DNA of 32,000 bases from Ignicoccus islandicus DSM 13165 (lineage in GTDB: Archaea; Thermoproteota; Thermoprotei_A; Sulfolobales; Ignicoccaceae): contig NZ_CP006867.1 of the NCBI RefSeq assembly GCF_001481685.1, positions 600,001-632,000 on the forward strand, given 5' to 3'. The notes below the pieces were generated by a model. That model was not told the DNA's origin, did not search any database, and worked only from the letters and a program-made list of their open reading frames with translations. Shown here piece by piece: positions 28,188 through 32,000 of this stretch; positions within the stretch are counted from its first letter, which is position 1, and every line of letters begins with the position of its first letter. The position numbers and the translations under genes were made by a program.

Positions 28188-28488
28188 ACTCGGACCTGCC
28201 ATTTGGATTACTATTCCGCTTATAGTAATAGGGCTATATGGTCTAATTGCAAGGCGAAATCTGGTTCGGATGATGATATCTCTAGAAGTGATTGGTGCAG
28301 GTACGGTAACAATATTGGGATCGGCGGCAGCAGCTCATTGGAATGGCATGGGAGAAGTTCTCGGTGTATTAGCATTGGTAGCTTTAGGTATTGAGGGAGC
28401 CCTCTTAATTGCAATTGCTACTGCGATGTCATACCAGTACAAGACATTTGATATCCACACCTTTAAGAAGGAGGTGAAGGAAGAGTGA
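28180..28488 (+). CDS. nuoK: NADH-quinone oxidoreductase subunit K-like
   Basis: 102 aa: IGLYGLIARRNLVRMMISLEVIGAGTVTILG...VLALVALGIEGALLIAIATAMSYQ. Confidence 0.9.
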   Translation: MSELGPAIWITIPLIVIGLYGLIARRNLVRMMISLEVIGAGTVTILGSAAAAHWNGMGEVLGVLALVALGIEGALLIAIATAMSYQYKTFDIHTFKKEVKEE

Positions 28489-29801
28489 TAGACACAATGA
28501 TAGTTTACTTCCTTGCTGTACTCCAATCAATAGTTTTCCCAGTTTACGTTAGCAAATATCTATCGAGTATTCTATTACTAGTACCATTGCTCTTCGGATA
28601 TTCAAAACTTGGAAGTCTAGTATTAGACTCCTTCACGAAAGTAGGTATGCTCGCCGTAACTCTTCCCGCGGTAGTGACTTTACTTTTCCATAGAAGACCT
28701 CAAAGACACTTCGTGATACTTATAACGCTCTTGACTATAAGCGGTCAATTAGTAGCAGCTTCAAGGAATCTAGCCACCTTAGCTGTTGCATTAGAAGCAA
28801 TGTCACTTGCAGCTGCTGCAGTTGCTCTTTATCCAGGTTCTAGAGACAAGCTACGCGTTTCAACAACTTATTTAATATTTAGCGTCATGGCTGCAATAAT
28901 GTTGTTCTTAGGTTTGGCTCTCTATTTCGCTGGCGGTGGATCCATACAACTAACGAATGGATTCACTCAAACTAGCACAGCAATAGTCGGTCTAGCGTTA
29001 ATGGTAGCAGCCATAATGATAAAGTTAGCAATAACTCCCATGCACGCATGGGCAGTTGACGTTTACTCGGAAGGCAGTACGAGCGCTGCTCTCTACTTAT
29101 CAAGCTCGGTGAAGGCTGGAGCTATGATAGCATTAGCTATCTTGGCCTATGGACCTCTGAGATACGCTTATGAATTAGGTTATTGGCAGTTACTCTTGCC
29201 TTTCCTACTTCTAGCAACGCTCTCTAACGTGGTTGGAGCTGTAGGAATGGTAGCCACAACCAAAGTTAAGCGAATATTGTCCTTTTCTAGTGTGGCTCAC
29301 GCAGGTTTCGTTGCTCTGACGTTAGCGTATCCAACGCAGCTGACTGCGTCAGTAATAGCTTATTATGCTCTCGTTTACTCGATCGCAAATACCGTAGCCT
29401 TCTCGTCAGTCTTAATGGTAAAGGCTGAGGACGATGCAACGGTAAACGAACTCTCTCTTTTATATAAGAAACCTCTTACAGCACTAGCTGTCGCTATAGC
29501 TGTGCTTAGTCTATTGGGTTTACCACCAACAGCGGGTTTCAATGCGAAGCTATTCTCTTTACTGGCATTATTCCATTCAAGTAAAATATCGCCTTGGCTT
29601 CTAACGACGTTCGCTATTATTGCAGTCGTTAGTACAGCCATTTCCGGATACAGTTATATAAAGATAGTAGGCTATCTCTCGAAGAAACCGGAAGACCGAA
29701 GCGATGTAAGAATTAGTAGTATTGATGTCTTTTCATGGATCCTAGCATTGTTATTACTAGTCATGTACTTCGTACCAGTTCTATCGGTGCCTACAATATG
29801 A
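28485..29801 (+). CDS. nuoN: NADH-quinone oxidoreductase subunit N-like (antiporter-like)
   Basis: 438 aa with LATLAVALEAMSLAAAAVALY, IKLAITPMHAWAVDVYSEGSTSAALYLSSSVKAGAMIAL, KRILSFSSVAHAGFVAL, LSLLGLPPTAGFNAKLFSLLALF. Confidence 0.88.
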   Translation: MIDTMIVYFLAVLQSIVFPVYVSKYLSSILLLVPLLFGYSKLGSLVLDSFTKVGMLAVTLPAVVTLLFHRRPQRHFVILITLLTISGQLVAASRNLATLAVALEAMSLAAAAVALYPGSRDKLRVSTTYLIFSVMAAIMLFLGLALYFAGGGSIQLTNGFTQTSTAIVGLALMVAAIMIKLAITPMHAWAVDVYSEGSTSAALYLSSSVKAGAMIALAILAYGPLRYAYELGYWQLLLPFLLLATLSNVVGAVGMVATTKVKRILSFSSVAHAGFVALTLAYPTQLTASVIAYYALVYSIANTVAFSSVLMVKAEDDATVNELSLLYKKPLTALAVAIAVLSLLGLPPTAGFNAKLFSLLALFHSSKISPWLLTTFAIIAVVSTAISGYSYIKIVGYLSKKPEDRSDVRISSIDVFSWILALLLLVMYFVPVLSVPTI

Positions 29802-30484
29802 AAGAATGCTTAAGAAAACGTTTTTCAAATCTCCTCAGTTACATATTAAGCTCGCTATATCAGACAACCTTTTCTAAACATGGGGAAATAAAGGTAGTAG
29901 TAAAGAACTTCAGTACATGGACGTCCATTAAGTGGATACCGGCCCTCATATTTCTTAAAGGTATCTATCCCTATACTATAAGTCCTATTGAACGAGTAAT
30001 CAGAGAAGTAAGCTTCTTCGAGTACCAAGGGGTACCTAAGGTATACTTTTGGAACGGGAAATACGAAGTGAGGGAGTATGTTGAAGGAAATATAATATCC
30101 TTAGAGGACATCAATAAAGTAATAAATCTAGTTAAGTATCTTCATAGTAAATGTTGGAGAATAGGAGACACGAAATGGGACAATTTCCTTAAAATGGAAA
30201 ATGGAAAAGTAATCTTAATAGATGCTGAACAAGCAGTAGTTGATTGTTCGCAGAAGAGCGTTATAGCTGACGCACTTGTAGGAAGCATCTTCTTGTACTA
30301 TTCAAAGAGTGCCAGGGCTATAGATATAAGTAAGCTATTCTTTATTGAGATAATTAAGGGAAGGTGTAAGTCTATTATGAAATACCTCTTTCATCCCGGT
30401 GTAGTACTTCTCGGTCTCTTAATACCGCAAACGTATTTCTCGGCACTCCTTCATTGTTTCGATGAACTTCGAGGTAAAAAGTGA
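29798..30484 (+). CDS. Divergent protein-kinase-like fold protein (lipopolysaccharide/RIO-type kinase-like)
   Basis: Start taken at the ATG at 29798 (overlaps the nuoN stop). YLHSKCWRIGDTKWDNFLKMENGKVILIDAEQAVVD resembles HxD/N-D kinase catalytic loop plus DxE/DFG-equivalent. Confidence 0.65.
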   Translation: MKECLRKRFSNLLSYILSSLYQTTFSKHGEIKVVVKNFSTWTSIKWIPALIFLKGIYPYTISPIERVIREVSFFEYQGVPKVYFWNGKYEVREYVEGNIISLEDINKVINLVKYLHSKCWRIGDTKWDNFLKMENGKVILIDAEQAVVDCSQKSVIADALVGSIFLYYSKSARAIDISKLFFIEIIKGRCKSIMKYLFHPGVVLLGLLIPQTYFSALLHCFDELRGKK

Positions 30485-30496
30485 ATGCTTGGGTGT

Positions 30497-30845
30497 GTCC
30501 CCCGGGGCTCCTTACACTGGACGGGACGTTGGTGTTATTAAGGACTATCCGTACCGCGCTTCTCCTTCAGCCCCATAAGCTCCCGCGAACGTCCGCGGCC
30601 GGGGTTAGGCTGCTCCCTTCCGGGCCTGACCTGGTTCCCCCGGTTAAGGCGGTTTACCCCCATCCTCCGATGGGGGCTCCGCCACCGCGGACCCCGCGGG
30701 GCGGGGTTCATCGGAGTTTGACGCGGTACGGATAGTCCGCCAACGTCCCGTCCAGTGTAAGGTTACTGGTCCCCGCGTTTTCGCCCGTTTCGGGCCCCTT
30801 ACGGGGGGAGGAGGGCGAGCCCTCCGACCCTACCCCCGGGTGTGG
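30497..30845 (-). ncRNA. Signal recognition particle 7S RNA
   Basis: Minus strand contains the helix 8 signature AACCAGGTCAGGCCCGGAAGGGAGCAGCCTAA. Long helix 5 arms: 30510-30532 pairs with 30740-30762 (23 bp) and 30542-30558 pairs with 30722-30738 (17 bp). The region is a GC-rich island in an AT-rich genome. Ends approximate. Confidence 0.95.
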
Positions 30846-30852
30846 ACCCCCT

Positions 30853-32000
30853 TTAGCCACATATTCCACCCTCGCTTAAAGATGTTGGTGGTAACACGTT
30901 AGGGAAACTTATTATGGCAGTGTTGGTTAGAACAGTGTTCACGAAACTAGAGGGTGAGTTCGGATCCAGTATGGCTATGTAGTTTCGTACTACTAGCTTT
31001 ATTGCAGAAACTGTATCGACAGAAGGTGTATACTCACAATTTATTCCGTGGTTGGTTGCCCACAATTCTATGTCGGTATTAGCTAACGATTCGAATCTCG
31101 ACTTTAGAGCCGATAGGTAAGCATTGTTAACTCTCTGGAGCTGAGGTATATAGAAGTTAATGCAATCTACAACTCTATATAATTTCTTGTAAATATTTTC
31201 TAAGTTAGTAGCAACTACTTGCAAGTATCGCATACCGTTGGGATAGTTCCTTAATGACGTGCTCGTAATATCTACATTGACGTTATTAAGTACTGATAAA
31301 CAACTTCTAATCACTGAGGAGGCAGTAGAAGTAGAGAGCTTCGAGAGAGGACCCAATAATGGAGATAGTAAATCGTTCGCGAGACTTCCAAGAACTCCTT
31401 GAAGGACGTTTTGGGTTACTATTAATCTAATTTCCCATGGCATTACGTTGGAAGAGTATTGGGAGTATATTTGATTATAGAGACTATATAGCTGCATCAT
31501 GTATGTATGTATTTGGATATAGTTAACTGGGCAACTTCCCCCCAACTGTTCAGAATAATAGTATAGGTAAGCATTCGATTTAGAAGGTACTTGAAAGCCT
31601 ACGAAAAGCGGACCGTACAATGTTGTTGCATTTAAATCCGTGAAGCATAGCTTGTATGTATTGTTTGAATAATCCGTGCTACACACAGTGAAACTATACC
31701 AAGCTGTTTCCGGAGCAGGAACAACACTTTCTATTAAACTAGTATTCAAGTTGTTAATCGCTGAAGGTGTGACCGAGGTTGCATTTAATATGACTAAAAG
31801 CTCTTTGTAATGAAGAAGTTGGGTTGTATTTGAGAGCTCTGCCATCATTTCGTTTGCCATGTAGTTCTGCAAATAGTTTTGAATATTGACAGAGGACTGA
31901 GAGAACTGATTGGAATACTCCCTAATGAGCTGTGCCCTAAGGGTTTGACCGTACATACCGTCGAGGTAACTAGCGGCGGCATTTGATGCCGAGATTAGGC
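30853..32000 (-). CDS. Hypothetical, probably extracytoplasmic Asn/Ser/Thr/Tyr-rich protein, partial at the window end
   Basis: The frame stays open from the tracked ATG (31956) to the window edge (…LISASNAAASYLDG-MYGQTL…), so the real start is probably outside. Asn/Ser/Thr/Tyr-rich with scattered Cys, consistent with a secreted protein. Confidence 0.7.
   Translation of the reverse strand, partial: LISASNAAASYLDGMYGQTLRAQLIREYSNQFSQSSVNIQNYLQNYMANEMMAELSNTTQLLHYKELLVILNATSVTPSAINNLNTSLIESVVPAPETAWYSFTVCSTDYSNNTYKLCFTDLNATTLYGPLFVGFQVPSKSNAYLYYYSEQLGGSCPVNYIQIHTYMMQLYSLYNQIYSQYSSNVMPWEIRLIVTQNVLQGVLGSLANDLLSPLLGPLSKLSTSTASSVIRSCLSVLNNVNVDITSTSLRNYPNGMRYLQVVATNLENIYKKLYRVVDCINFYIPQLQRVNNAYLSALKSRFESLANTDIELWATNHGINCEYTPSVDTVSAIKLVVRNYIAILDPNSPSSFVNTVLTNTAIISFPNVLPPTSLSEGGICG
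30874..30881 (-). promoter_or_regulatory. Candidate TATA box for the SRP RNA
   Basis: CTTTAAGC on the minus strand about 26-30 nt upstream of the inferred 5' end; lies inside the 3' end of the upstream ORF. Confidence 0.4.

Noticed and set aside
30481-30735. 84-aa plus-strand ORF rich in Pro/Arg
   Set aside because: Lies antisense to the SRP RNA gene; composition is explained by the GC-rich structural RNA.
1-32000. CRISPR array, toxin-antitoxin, restriction or other defence cluster, integrase, provirus
   Set aside because: I saw no regularly spaced repeats, no cas/RM/TA-like proteins and no recombinase; gene content is ordinary archaeal chromosome.

Overview
This 32 kb window comes from a (hyper)thermophilic crenarchaeon, probably Desulfurococcales; that placement is my inference from protein character. 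It is mostly compact housekeeping sequence. Translation genes: 30S S15 (partial, minus strand), L13e, EF-1alpha, EF-1beta with a Zn-ribbon partner, and an MCT1/PUA protein. Protein export: TatA and TatC. Metabolism: PLP aminotransferase, UbiX, AroB, nicotinate phosphoribosyltransferase, tungsten aldehyde:ferredoxin oxidoreductase, Nudix, and a GCS2-like ligase. Membrane functions: metal-ABC substrate-binding and permease proteins, a partial complex I cluster (H-I-J-K-N), a secreted Lon-like S16 protease and a 1021-aa surface protein. RNA genes: tRNA-Pro(UGG) with encoded CCA and the SRP (7S) RNA. There is also a candidate C/D box sRNA. I see no CRISPR array, defence island, integrase or provirus. 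The most interesting items are: (1) a radical-SAM protein whose C-terminus looks like an ArcS/DUF5591 core domain, with a second stand-alone ArcS-like protein about 9 kb away, suggesting a rearranged archaeosine-type tRNA modification pathway; (2) a 480-bp non-coding element bounded by perfect 46-bp inverted repeats (MITE-like); (3) a candidate double-guide C/D box sRNA absent from the ORF track; (4) a truncated Nuo operon; (5) a metal transporter cluster lacking a local ATPase.
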